A stretch of 64,000 nt of DNA from an uncultured Gemmataceae bacterium (GCA_963750165.1 CAVVPN010000012.1:768001-832000), one strand, 5' to 3'. Numbered from the stretch's first letter, positions 41,849 through 52,317 are shown. The notes: generated by a model from the sequence alone, not told the origin. Made by a program: numbers and translations.

Positions 41849-44557
41849 TCAGGTGGTACGGTCGGCGAACGCCTCGCCGGAGCCGAGGATGGCGGCCAGC
41901 ACGGACTGGTCGGTGTTCTTGCCCTGCAGCGACTGGACGAAGCCGGCCAGGCCGTCGGCGTCCGCCAGCCGGCCCAGCAAGCTCTGGTAGTCGTTTGACA
42001 CGAGGTCGGTCAGATACTCGGTCGAGCCGAACACGGCCGCGGCCACCTGCGTGCGCGTCTGGCTGCCCAGCGCTTGCTGCCAGGCGTTCAGTTCGTCCAT
42101 GCCTGGCGTGCGGTTCAGGGCGTCGGCGTACAGCGCGTCCAGGAAACCCTCGTTGTTGCCGCCGTGCAGCGCGAAGTACTCCTGCGAGCCGACCACGAAC
42201 GCTTCCACCTGCTCCACCGTGTAACTCCCCAGCAGGGTCACGAAATTCTTCTGCTCCTGGGAGTCGGCGGCGCGGTGCAGGAAGCGCTGGAAGACGGTCT
42301 GCACCTGGTCGCCGCGGTACTCGGGGCTGGCCTCGATGTCCTGGACGACGGTGATGGTAGAGCCGCCCTGGTTGAGGAACGTGACCCAGCCGGCGGAGCC
42401 CGGGTCGGTCACGCGGTTCAGCAGCACCTCGTAGACGTTCTCGACGAATACCTGGTTGGCACTGGCGTTGGCGGCGTACTGCGGCTCGTAGGCGCCGATG
42501 CTCGGGCTGGTGCGACCGCCGGCCGGGCGCGGGAAGCCGCGCGCGTCCGTGGCCGGGGCGCCCGCGGCGACGCCGGCGCCGATGGCGGTACTGCCGGGCA
42601 GCAGGGCCTCGGTCAGCAGCACCTGGCCGAAGCCGGTCAGGCCGACCGCCGGGCCGCCGTTGTCCTGCAGCGGGCCGAGCCTGGGGTCACCAGTCAGTGT
42701 GCCTGGGCCGAAGCCGGTGGCGTTGCCCAGGTTGCCGATGAAGTTGCCGCCGTGGTCGGTGGCCGTGCTGCTGAAGAGCCGGATGTCCGGGTTGGGTTGC
42801 CCGATGTTCCGGGCGATGAGGGTGTTCTGCAGAACCACGGTCGTGCCCATGCCGCCGGACACCGCCAGCCCGCCGCCGTCCGGGGCCGTGTTGCCGCTGA
42901 GCGTGTCATTGAGGAAGGAAACCAGAGCAGCGCCGTTCGCCGTGACCGCCCCGCCAACGTCATGCGCGACGTTGGCAGTGAACGTGTCGTTGGTCAGGGT
43001 CGCGCTGAGGGGGGAGGACGATTGGAAGAAAAACAGCGCGCCGCCGACGCCCATCGCAGTGTGGTTGTCATTGAACGTACTGCCGGCCACCGCCAGGTTC
43101 GGACCCGTGTACTCGACCGCGCCGCCGTTGGCGGTCGCCACGTTGCCGGTGAACTGGGAGGCCGACACGGTCAGGGTGCCGAGCGTTTGGTAAACGGCGC
43201 CGCCGTTGAAGTTCTGGTCGCTGACGGCGGTGTTGCCGAGGAAGAGGCAGTTGGCGACGCTCAAGGCCGTCACGCCGCTCTGGGCGTCCACACCGCCGCC
43301 GCCGCCCATGACGCCACCGCCGGCGCCCACGGCGCGGTTGTTGTCCACCTCGCAGGCCGTCAGGGTCAGCGTGGCGGCCTGGTCCTCGACGCCGCCGCCG
43401 TTGGGCGCGGTGTTCTCGGTAAAGCGGGTGTCGGTGACGGTCGCCGTGCCGCCCGTCAGGTCCAGGCCGCCGCCGAGGCCGCCCGCCGTGTTGTCCGCGA
43501 ACAGACAGCCGCTGATGATCGTCGTCGTGCCGGCGCCGCCGGCCTGGACGCCGCCGCCGTTCGTCAGCGCTGTGTTGTTGATGAACTGGCTGTTGAGGAT
43601 GGTCACGTTGGCCATCATGTCCTCGTCGCCGAAACCGCCACCCGTCGTGCCGGAGTAGTTGTCGCGCACCGTCGTGCTGGTGATCGTCACGGCGCCGTTG
43701 CCGGCCACGCCCAGCGCTCCGGTGGCGCCGTTGAAGGCGTGGTTGTCGTTGACCAGCGAGTTGCTGAGCATCAGCGTGGCGCTGACGTTGTCGATGACAT
43801 CCAGCCAGGCGGCGGCCCCCTGATTAACGCAGACGTTGCCGGTCAGTTCGCTGTTGGTGATGACGACGTGGCCCTGGCCGATGGTGTCGATGCCGCCGCC
43901 CGCGTCGCCGGCGCGGTTGTCGGCGATGATGCTGCCGTTGAGCGTCAGCGTCCAGGGCGTGTTGACCGTGTTCTGCATGAGGATGCCGCCGCCGGCCCCC
44001 GAGGCGACGTTGTTGAGCACGGCGCAGCTGTCCAGCTCCAGGCTGGCGTTGCCGGTGTCCTGGATGGCGCCGCCACCGACGATGTTGCCGCCCTGGGCGC
44101 CGGCGATGCCGTGCTGCAGCACCAGCCCCTGCAACGTCACCTTGAACGCGGGGGTGTTGGCCGGGTGGTTGGGGTCGAAGGTCGGGTTGATGTCGAAGAT
44201 GCGGTCGAGGTTGCCGCCGTCCACGGTGGCGCTGCCGTGGCTGGTGTTGGCGATGGTCAGGTTACCGCCGCCGGCCAGGATGTCGAAGTCGCCGGTCTTG
44301 TTGGCGTCCTCGTTGGCGCCGGCCAGGGTGATCTTGTAGGTGCCGGGGACGGTCAGGTTGATGGTGTTGCCGCCGGGCGTGGCGTTGGCCTGCTCGATGG
44401 CGGAGCGCAGGGTGACGGTGCCGGCGGGCGGGCTGAGGAGGTCGGCGGTGCTGTTGACGTTGAAGACGGCGGGCACGGCGCGGGCTTCCAGCGCCTCCAG
44501 CGTCAGCGTGGTCCGGCGCGGTTTCCGGGTGGTACGGTTGCGGAAGAGACGGAACAT
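41849..44557 (-). CDS. DUF4214 / beta-helix surface protein (paralog 3)
   Basis: Start MFRLFRNRTT at ATG 44557; N-terminal half nearly identical to paralog 1. Confidence 0.82.
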   Translation of the reverse strand: MFRLFRNRTTRKPRRTTLTLEALEARAVPAVFNVNSTADLLSPPAGTVTLRSAIEQANATPGGNTINLTVPGTYKITLAGANEDANKTGDFDILAGGGNLTIANTSHGSATVDGGNLDRIFDINPTFDPNHPANTPAFKVTLQGLVLQHGIAGAQGGNIVGGGAIQDTGNASLELDSCAVLNNVASGAGGGILMQNTVNTPWTLTLNGSIIADNRAGDAGGGIDTIGQGHVVITNSELTGNVCVNQGAAAWLDVIDNVSATLMLSNSLVNDNHAFNGATGALGVAGNGAVTITSTTVRDNYSGTTGGGFGDEDMMANVTILNSQFINNTALTNGGGVQAGGAGTTTIISGCLFADNTAGGLGGGLDLTGGTATVTDTRFTENTAPNGGGVEDQAATLTLTACEVDNNRAVGAGGGVMGGGGGVDAQSGVTALSVANCLFLGNTAVSDQNFNGGAVYQTLGTLTVSASQFTGNVATANGGAVEYTGPNLAVAGSTFNDNHTAMGVGGALFFFQSSSPLSATLTNDTFTANVAHDVGGAVTANGAALVSFLNDTLSGNTAPDGGGLAVSGGMGTTVVLQNTLIARNIGQPNPDIRLFSSTATDHGGNFIGNLGNATGFGPGTLTGDPRLGPLQDNGGPAVGLTGFGQVLLTEALLPGSTAIGAGVAAGAPATDARGFPRPAGGRTSPSIGAYEPQYAANASANQVFVENVYEVLLNRVTDPGSAGWVTFLNQGGSTITVVQDIEASPEYRGDQVQTVFQRFLHRAADSQEQKNFVTLLGSYTVEQVEAFVVGSQEYFALHGGNNEGFLDALYADALNRTPGMDELNAWQQALGSQTRTQVAAAVFGSTEYLTDLVSNDYQSLLGRLADADGLAGFVQSLQGKNTDQSVLAAILGSGEAFADRTT

Positions 44558-44622
44558 GGGTGGAACTTCTTGGAAAAAAGGGTCGGTTCGGGTTCGGTTG
44601 TAAGGTCGAAGGACGGAGCACA

Positions 44623-45072
44623 TCAGGGACAGCGGAGTTTGCAGAGGGAGAGACGGTTGCCGCGGCCGTGGAAGCGCAGCCAGTTCGTGTATTGCCGCAT
44701 CAGCAACAGGCCGCGGCCGCTGGGTTTTTCGAGGTTCTCCGGGGCGGTCGGGTCAGGGACGCGAGCCGGGTCGAATCCCCGTCCCTCGTCCTCGACCTCC
44801 GCCAGCAGGGTGTCGGGGTCGATCCAGTAGCAGACCCGGACGCGCTTCGCGGGGTCGCCCTGGTTGCCGTGTTGCAGGCCGTTCACGATGGCCTCGCCGA
44901 GGACCATCCGGGCCCCCAGGCAGTCGGTGGGGGAGTAGCCCATCCCGGTCAGTTCGGCCACCACTTCGTCCAGGAGCGGCGTCAGTTCCTCGATCCGGCG
45001 CAGGCACACCTCTCGGAAGATGCCCTCCTCAGTTTTGCCCGGGACCGGCGCGCCCATCGCGGAGGTGTTCAT
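44623..45072 (-). CDS. RsbW/SpoIIAB-like anti-sigma Ser/Thr kinase (HATPase_c_2)
   Basis: EAIVNGLQHGN, DEGRGFDP, PDPTAPENLEKPSGRGLLLM. Confidence 0.9.
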   Translation of the reverse strand: MNTSAMGAPVPGKTEEGIFREVCLRRIEELTPLLDEVVAELTGMGYSPTDCLGARMVLGEAIVNGLQHGNQGDPAKRVRVCYWIDPDTLLAEVEDEGRGFDPARVPDPTAPENLEKPSGRGLLLMRQYTNWLRFHGRGNRLSLCKLRCP

Positions 45073-45087
45073 CGGCGGGCTCCTTTG

Positions 45088-45537
45088 TCATTTGGAGACG
45101 AGGTTGAAGTCCTGTACGTTCTGGCCGGGCGTGACGACGACCGTGAGCCCGGAGGCGTCCCAGTCCGCGTAGCGCTGCGGGATCAGTGAGACATTGCCGA
45201 CGGGCCCGGGGACAGCGGTTCGGCTGTGGCGGCTCGCCGACCTGCTGACGGCTCGGCTCAATCGGGCCTCATCGACGCAGCGGACGATGACCTTCGCCGG
45301 CCCGGCCGGCAGTCGGACGCTGAACGTTCCGTCCGGCTGAATCTGGGCGGCGTAAGGGATGCCGTCCGCACCGAGGAACTGGACGGTCCCGAACGCCAAC
45401 GGTTTGCCCTGGTAGCGGACGGTGCCGCTGACTTCTCCCTGGCTGGTGCCGCAGCCGACGGCCAGTCCGCCCAGCAGCAGGGCCAGCAGCGCGGCCCGAG
45501 TCGGCCGCGGCGAGAGCAACGAACGCAAACGGTTCAT
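45088..45537 (-). CDS. Lipoprotein, carboxypeptidase-regulatory-like (typical DUF1559 partner)
   Basis: AVGC lipobox, VSGTVRYQGKPL, IPQRYAD..SGL..V..G. Confidence 0.8.
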   Translation of the reverse strand: MNRLRSLLSPRPTRAALLALLLGGLAVGCGTSQGEVSGTVRYQGKPLAFGTVQFLGADGIPYAAQIQPDGTFSVRLPAGPAKVIVRCVDEARLSRAVSRSASRHSRTAVPGPVGNVSLIPQRYADWDASGLTVVVTPGQNVQDFNLVSK

Positions 45538-45563
45538 GGCAGTGCCTCGGTGTCAAGGGGTTG

Positions 45564-46463
45564 TCAATACTGGGTGAGGTCCACGACCTCGCCGCCGTTG
45601 CGTGAGGCCAGGGGGATGGTCAGGGCGCTGGCGGCGTAGGGCAGGAAACGCACCGAGCCGTCGGCCAGCAGCCAGTTGGCGCCGCCGGTGTGGAAGCTCC
45701 AGAAGTGGTTGCTGTCGCCGTCACAGGGCCCGCCGAGACTGCCCGGCCCGAACAGTCCCGGCAGCACGCAGCCGCCACTGTTGAAGGGGTCGCCGTACTG
45801 CTGGTTGGTCGAGAGCAGGCAGTCGTAGTCGCTCGCCCCCCACCAGCCGAGGAAGAGGTCGGCGGCCGGCGGCCGTTCGCCGACCATCACGGTGTTGCTG
45901 GTGCCGTCCGTGATTTCCTGCAAACGGATGCCGAGCGAGGAGACGTTGAAGACGCCGTTGGACGGCCCGTTGAGTTGGGCGGCGGCGGTGGCGTCCGAGC
46001 CGATGACGCCGACATAACTGGTCATGGCGCCATTGCCGCTGGGGACGCTGAGCAGGTCGCGGGGGTCGGACGGGCAGAGGTAAGTCTGAACGGGCAGGTT
46101 GTACGTGACGAAGAAGCCGACGTACCAGGGATCGGTGTACATGTTGCCGGCCAGGGTGTCCTGTTCGATGTAGGGCAGGATTTCGCACATCCAGCCGCGG
46201 TACTCCGTGAAGAGCGGCGTGGGAACGTGATTGCCGCGCGGCGGCGGCAGGTGCTTGTACACGTCGTGGTAGCCGTGCAGGGTCAGGCCGACCTGCTTGA
46301 GGTTGTTGGCGCACTGAGAGCGGGCTGCGGCCTCGCGCACCTTCTGCACCGCCGGCAGCAGCAGACCGACGAGGATGGCGATGATCGCAATCACCACCAG
46401 AAGTTCGATCAGCGTGAAGCCCTGGCGGGGCACGCGCGCAGGGCGGACGCAGGACGGCGGCAT
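45564..46463 (-). CDS. DUF1559 prepilin-type protein
   Basis: GFTLIELLVVIAIIAILVGLLLPAVQKVREAAAR.QC.NNLKQ; ITDGTSNT; SFHTGGANWLLADGSVRF. Confidence 0.95.
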   Translation of the reverse strand: MPPSCVRPARVPRQGFTLIELLVVIAIIAILVGLLLPAVQKVREAAARSQCANNLKQVGLTLHGYHDVYKHLPPPRGNHVPTPLFTEYRGWMCEILPYIEQDTLAGNMYTDPWYVGFFVTYNLPVQTYLCPSDPRDLLSVPSGNGAMTSYVGVIGSDATAAAQLNGPSNGVFNVSSLGIRLQEITDGTSNTVMVGERPPAADLFLGWWGASDYDCLLSTNQQYGDPFNSGGCVLPGLFGPGSLGGPCDGDSNHFWSFHTGGANWLLADGSVRFLPYAASALTIPLASRNGGEVVDLTQY

Positions 46464-46559
46464 GAAGCAACTCCTTGAGCAATGGCGGGAATTCAGGTAA
46501 ACGAGCACCTGGGGGGCTGGCCTCGGACGAATACCGTTCCGGGAAACAGCAATCCCTTA

Positions 46560-46576
46560 TGCAGCGCTCGTGCCAA
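46560..46576 (-). promoter_or_regulatory. Putative sigma54 -24/-12 promoter for the DUF1559 unit
   Basis: Minus strand TTGGCAC-GAGCG-CTGCA about 100 bp upstream of ATG 46463. Confidence 0.6.
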
Positions 46577-46739
46577 GAATGTGCTTGCCGGCGATATGGC
46601 CCACCGCGCTCGGGATTTCAGGGGGATTGCGGCTTTTTTCTCGGAAGGATGGCCGATGTCCGTGACCGGGACTTGAGAGGCGCTGTTGGACTGGCACAAA
46701 CCCTGGGCCGGTGGTCAGAAATCGGACCAGGGGGAACGG

Positions 46740-49700
46740 TCAGGAATGCGCCTGGCCCGACCGGGACTGCAATTCCTCCACGGACAGGCCGGTCAGCAGC
46801 GGGGCCAGATCCCGAATCATGGCCGCGAGGGTGGCCAGCTGTTCGGCCATGCCGTCGAGCCGTCCCGCGGCCGCCGCCTGCTCCAGATGCAGAGCAATCG
46901 CAGCGGCGTCGCTGGAAAACGCCGACACCAGGCCGCGCAACTTGTGGGCCGACTCCCGCACCGCCGCCGCGTCCCGGCTGCGCACGGCCGCCGCGACGGT
47001 GGCCAGCTGAGCGGGGGCGCCGGCCTGAAACACCGCGATCATCCGGGCCAGCAGTGTGGCGTCGCCGTCGCAGGCCGTCAGCAGTGTGGCCGTGTCGAGC
47101 AGGCCATCGCTGGGCAGCGCCTCCGTCGGCACGGTCTCGGCGACCGCTCGACCGACCAGCACGCGCTCGATGGTGTCGAACAGTTCCTGGCGGCGGATGG
47201 GCTTGGCCAGGAACTCGTCCATGCCCGCTTGCAGGCAACGCTCGCGGTCCCCCCTCATGGACCGGGCGGTCAGCGCGACCACGGGTAGGTGCCGGCCGGT
47301 TGTCCGTTCACCGCGGCGCACGGCCTCGATGACGCGGAAGCCGTCGAGTTCCGGCATATGCACGTCCAGCAGCAGCAGGTCGAAGCGGTCGCGCTCCAGG
47401 GCGTCCAGGGCTTCCCGGCCATCCCGGGCCACCTGAACGGTGTGGCCCTGCCGCGCGAGGAAGTGCTGCACAACCTGCTGGTTGAGGTCGTTGTCCTCGG
47501 CGAGCAGCACCCGCAGCGGCCGGGAGGGTGAGGGGGTGAAGGGGTGAGGGGGTGAGGGGGTGACCGAGGACGGCTCGACGTTTCCGGTTGCCCCGTCGCC
47601 TGCCGGCCGGGACAGCACGCGCTGAATGGTGTCGAGCAGTTCTTCCTGCTGGATCGGCTTCATCGCCGCCGCGGCGATGCCGAGTTCGCGCTGCCGGGCG
47701 AGGTTGCCCGGCTGATCCTCGGAGGTCAGCAGGATGATGCGGCAGCCGGCCAGTTCGGGGCTTTGCGAGATTTCCGCCGCCAGGGCCGGGCCGTCGATTC
47801 CGGGCATACGGCTGTCCAGGAGCACCACGGCGTAGGGCCGGCCCAGGGCGACGCCGCGCCACAGACTGTTCAGGGCGGTCAGGCCGTCGGCGACGGCGGT
47901 TGGCTCCGCCCGCCAGCCGCGTAGCCATTCCTGGAGGATCAACCGGTTGGTCGCGTTGTCATCGACGATGAGGACGCGCAGGCCGCGGATTTCGACGGGC
48001 GGTGGACTCGGGGCGGCGTCGGTCGTGGACTGCACACCGAAGCGAGCGGTGAAGCGGAAAGTGCTGCCGCGGTGCGGCGCGCTCTCGACCGTGATCTGAC
48101 CATCCATCAGTGCCACCAGGCGCGAGGCGATGGACAGCCCGAGGCCGGTGCCGCCGTAGCGGCGCGTGGTGGAATTGTCCCCCTGTTCAAACGCCTGAAA
48201 AATCTTCGCCTGCTTGTCCGCAGGAATGCCGATGCCGGTGTCCCGCACTGAAAAACAGAGGGAAACCACGGAACACACGGAAAACACGGAAGAAGACAGG
48301 GCAGACTGCTCCTGGACCTTTTCCGTGTCTTTTTCCGTGTATTCCGTGTGTTCCGTGGTTTCTGTCCGCACCTCGACGACCACTTCCCCTTCCTCGGTGA
48401 ACTTGATCGCGTTGCCGACGAGGTTCAGCAGCACTTGCCGCAGCCGGCCGGCGTCGCCGAGCAGGGCGTCGGGCACGTCGGCGTCGAGATGGCACACCAG
48501 TTCCAGCGCTTTCTTGTGGCGCGCAGGGCCAGGGCGCGTAAGGTCTCGTTCAACACCTTGCGCAGCGAAAAAGCGGCGTGATCCAGCTCGAACTTGCCGG
48601 CCTCGATCTTGGAGAAGTCGAGCAGGTCGTTGATGACGTTCAGCAGAGCGTTCGCCGAGGTGTTGACGATGGTGAGGTAGTTGCGCTGCTCGTCGCTCAG
48701 GCGCGTGTCGAGAGCCAGGTCGGTCATGCCGAGGATGGCGTTCATGGGCGTGCGGATTTCATGGCTGACGTTGGCCAAAAATTCGCTCTTGGCCCGGCTG
48801 GCCGCCTCCGCCGCCTCCTTCGCCTGCCGCAGTTCCTCCTCGATCCGCTTGAGATCGGTGATGTCGATGCGCGTGCCGGCGAAGCGGACGGGCTTGCCGC
48901 TGGCGTCGCGCACCGCGATCCCGCGCGACAGGATCCAGCGGTATGACCCGTCCCGGTGCCGCGCCCGGAATTCCACGCAATACTCCGGCGTCTCGCCGTC
49001 GAAGTACGCCCGCAGCGCCTCATGGATTTTCTCTACGTCGTCGGGGTGGTACGGCACCGCAACCGCGTCATACGTCGTCGCGGACTCCGGCGGGTAGCCG
49101 AGCTGCTCCATGATGTTGATGCAGTGGACCTTGCCGTGGTGATAATCGCCGTCCGGAAAGTCGTTCTCCCACAGGCCGACGTTCGAGCCGCGCACCGCCA
49201 GGTCCAGCCGGGCGTTCGCCTGCCGCAGCGCCTCCTCCGACTGTTTGCGCTCCGTGATGTCGATGTTCAGGCCGTCCAGGTAACGGAAGGTGCCGTCTTC
49301 CGCGAAGATGCCGCGGCCGCGAGCCAGGATCCACTTGACGTTGCCCGCCCGGTCGAAGATGCGGTGCTCGTTCTCGTAAGGTTCGCGGCGCGCCAGCGCC
49401 TCGGCAACGTTGCGGGCGCAGCGCTCGGCGTCGTCGGGGTGCAGCATGTCGCCGTAGTACACGCGGCCGGCGGCGAGGTCGTCGGCGTCAATGCCGCCAA
49501 TGGGCCGGAAGTTGCCGCGGGCGAACAAAACGGACCAGTTGCGATCCACCAGGCAGCGGTACGCGAGCCCCGGCAGCTGGCTCAGCACGGAATTCATCAG
49601 CCGCTCGTTCTCGCGCAGGGCGTCCTCGGTACGGCGGCGGTCGGTCACGTCGATGCCGACGCCCCACACCGGCAGCCCCGGGATGCGCACGTCGGCGGAG

Positions 49701-50011
49701 AAGTTCGACCAGGAACAGACGCGCGTGCTGCCGTCCGCGGCGGTCGGTGTCGTTTCCAGATCACGGTAGCGGTGGCCGGCGACCTGCGCCACAACCCAGG
49801 CCCGGTAAGCGGCGTCCGGGTACATGCGCTCGTACAGGTCCAGGCGCGTCCGCCCCAGGATTTCCGCCTTGGGGTAGCCCAGCACGCGCTCGCACTCGCG
49901 GTTCCACAGGCAGAAGCGGTTGTCCGCGTCCAGGCCGTAGATCATGACCGGCAGATGGTCCAGCAGGACGACGAGCCCCGTGGGTTCCAGGTCGGGGAAT
50001 GGTGTGTTCAT
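46740..50011 (-). CDS. Hybrid sensor histidine kinase: 3 PAS, HisKA, HATPase, 2 REC, Hpt (apparent frameshift near 48515)
   Basis: PAS/PAC motifs (HPDD, WILxRG); [31 protein letters not shown]; two receiver domains; AHKLRG Hpt. Confidence 0.9.
47524..47602. repeat. In-frame 8-mer tandem repeat element in the REC1-REC2 linker
   Basis: Five GGGGGTGA-type units (47524-47563) facing a degenerate opposite arm; encodes GDGATG...[15 protein letters not shown]. Confidence 0.7.
48262..48362. repeat. In-frame 9-mer-based palindromic element in the HATPase loop
   Basis: 37-bp inverted arms GAAACCACGGAACACACGGAA(A/T)ACACGGAA(G/A)AAGACA with 2 mismatches; encodes [16 protein letters not shown]...[10 protein letters not shown]. 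Confidence 0.88.
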
Positions 50012-50129
50012 CGTTGCTCGGTGCTCAAAAACGCGACAAGCTCCGCCACGGCCGCACGTCTCGGGGGCAGGCTACGCACGAGGCCGTCTCCAGCAGCAAA
50101 CCCGGTGCCGTCTCGTCCTTATCCTAACA

Positions 50130-50188
50130 AGGGCGCCCAATCTCGACGTGTGCAAAAGTTGGCGTTCTTGGCGTCCTTGGCGTCCTTG
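50130..50188 (+). repeat. 59-bp direct repeat, copy A
   Basis: 49/59 identical to 52318-52376; ends in three TTGGCNNNC 9-mers. Confidence 0.8.
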
Positions 50189-50252
50189 ATCTGACAACCG
50201 GCGCCAGTTACAGGTGCAGCCTGGGGAGTTGAATTCCCGGCGGCCTGGTGGG

Positions 50253-50654
50253 TCAGGGGGAGGGAGAAGAGGCTTTCGCAGTTTCGGCAGCTACGAACTG
50301 CTCGTGGACCGCCGTATAGAAGGCGATGATGGCCATCCAGTCGGGCGGCCCGGTTGCAGAAATGCTGTTCAGAAAGGCTCGGTTGTTCTCGGCCTTCTCT
50401 TGGTGCTGCTTGGGTTTTGGCATAGATCTGGACAGAATGTACTCGTCGAAAAAGTTTTTCACCCAGGCGTCAGCGTCGCACGCTTGCCGGAGGGCCTCAA
50501 TGGCTGGCCTGGCATCGATCCAGAACTGGTCATCATCCCGTGGGGTGACAAAACCCTTGCCGTCGTCAAAGCGAAGGTACACGGGGCCTTTTTGTTGCGT
50601 CCGCGTCGGCATGTCGGCTGTCGCCCTGGTTGTTGTTTGCAAACTGCTTGCCAT
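50253..50654 (-). pseudogene. Fused relic of a small gene pair; second part resembles a HEPN-domain N-terminus
   Basis: Lower-GC segment; 'MPKPKQHQEKAENNRAFL...DWMAIIAFYTAVH' fits the HEPN start pattern, then breaks off. Confidence 0.45.
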
Positions 50655-50827
50655 TCTCTCAACCGAGATAGGGGGAATTTGCAAGCTTGTCAAGATAAAA
50701 AGCAGCTCCGCTTGAGTTGTTGAGTTGCGGATCGTCCATAGACTTTCTCAAAGGAGAACTCCCTGTCACGCGCCCCGTTGGGGCATCCGGGACCAATGAT
50801 CGCCGCGCGGCCAACCAGAGGGACACC

Positions 50828-52282
50828 ATGCCCAGAGTGCTGCTGGTCGATGACGACCCCGACCTGATCGAGGCCCAGGTGAGTCACGCCCTGGCCCCGC
50901 TCGGTGTCGTACTGGAGGTGGCTCGCACCGGGGCGGAGGGACTGGCCCAGCTGGCGGCCCGGCCGGCGGACGTGATCCTGCTGGACGTGCGCCTGCCGGA
51001 CCTCTCAGGTCTGGAGGTCTACCAGCGCGTCCGCCAGCTCGACGCCCGCACCCCGGTCATCTTCATCACCTCCACGACCGCGGCCGAGACGGCCATTGAG
51101 GCCATGCAGCAGGGCGCCCACGACTACCTGTTCAAGCCGCTCGACCCGCAGCAACTGCGCCGTGTGGTCGAACAGGCGCTGCAGCTGGTGCGGTTGGCGC
51201 GCGAGCCGGCCGTGGTCGCCGAGGCGCTGCCGGAGGACGACCGCGGCGACGCCATCATCGGCTGCTGTCCCGCCATGCGTGAGGTCTACAAGGCCATCGG
51301 CCGCGTGGCACGGCAGAACGTCATCGTGCTGGTCACCGGCGAGAGCGGCACCGGCAAGGAGTTGGTCGCGCGGGCCATCTACCAGCACAGTGCCCGGGCG
51401 CGGGCGCCGTTCCACGCCATCAACTGCGCCGCCATCCCCGAGACGCTGCTGGAGAGCGAACTGTTCGGCCACGAACGCGGGGCGTTCACCGGCGCTGATC
51501 GCCGCCGCATCGGCAAGTTTGAGCAGTGCAACGGCGGCACGCTGTTCCTGGACGAAATCGGTGACCTGCCGCTGGGGATGCAGGGCAAACTGCTGCGGGT
51601 GCTGCAGGACCAGAAGTTCGAGCGCGTCGGCGGCAACGACACCATCCAGACGGACGTGCGGCTGATCGCGGCGACGCACCGCGACCTGAAGGCGTGGTCG
51701 GCCGAGGGCAAATTCCGGCCGGACCTGTATTACCGGCTGAGCGTCTTCACGATCGCGCTGCCGCCGCTGCGCGAACGCGGCGACGATTTGACCATGCTCA
51801 TCCAGCAATACCTGCGCCGCCTGAACCGGGAGCTGGGCCGCGAGGTGACCGAGATGGCGGTGGAAGCTCTGGGACTGCTGCGGGCCTACCCCTGGCCGGG
51901 CAACATCCGCGAACTGCAGAGCGTGCTGAAGCAGGCGTTGCTCCAGGCCACCGGTTCGGTGCTCATCCCGGCGTTCCTGCCCGAGGCGGTGACCGGGAGC
52001 GGTGGGCAATCCGTCGCGCCCACGGCGGGGACCGCGGAGGTGGGCTTTGCGTTCGAGCCGTTCATCCGGCAGCGGTTGGAGGCCGGCGGCAACAACGTCT
52101 ACGCCGAGGTCCACCGGCAACTCGACCGCATTCTGTTGCCGCTGGCGCTGGAGTTCACCGATGGCAACCAGCGCCTGGCGTCGCGCCTGCTGGGGGTCGC
52201 CCGGGGCACCTTCCGGCTGCGCCTGCAAGAAGCTGGGCTGAACCTGAAGCTAACCGTCGAGGATGGGGACGAAGCCGGGTAG
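50828..52282 (+). CDS. Sigma54-dependent response regulator (NtrC/AtoC family)
   Basis: REC; GESGTGKELVA; ESELFGHERGAFTGA; LFLDEIGD; FRPDLYYRL; WPGNIREL; C-terminal HTH. Confidence 0.95.
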   Translation: MPRVLLVDDDPDLIEAQVSHALAPLGVVLEVARTGAEGLAQLAARPADVILLDVRLPDLSGLEVYQRVRQLDARTPVIFITSTTAAETAIEAMQQGAHDYLFKPLDPQQLRRVVEQALQLVRLAREPAVVAEALPEDDRGDAIIGCCPAMREVYKAIGRVARQNVIVLVTGESGTGKELVARAIYQHSARARAPFHAINCAAIPETLLESELFGHERGAFTGADRRRIGKFEQCNGGTLFLDEIGDLPLGMQGKLLRVLQDQKFERVGGNDTIQTDVRLIAATHRDLKAWSAEGKFRPDLYYRLSVFTIALPPLRERGDDLTMLIQQYLRRLNRELGREVTEMAVEALGLLRAYPWPGNIRELQSVLKQALLQATGSVLIPAFLPEAVTGSGGQSVAPTAGTAEVGFAFEPFIRQRLEAGGNNVYAEVHRQLDRILLPLALEFTDGNQRLASRLLGVARGTFRLRLQEAGLNLKLTVEDGDEAG

Positions 52283-52317
52283 CAATGGTTGTCGAGGCGT
52301 GCCACCCGTACGGAGCC

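Noticed and set aside
36017..44557. Diversity-generating retroelement acting on the DUF4214 paralogs
   Set aside because: No reverse transcriptase in the window, and the differences are block-wise rather than adenine-specific.
50159..50188. CRISPR-like or iteron array (also 52347-52376, 62674-62705, 47524-47563)
   Set aside because: Units are 7-9 bp and contiguous, without unique spacers; no cas or rep genes.
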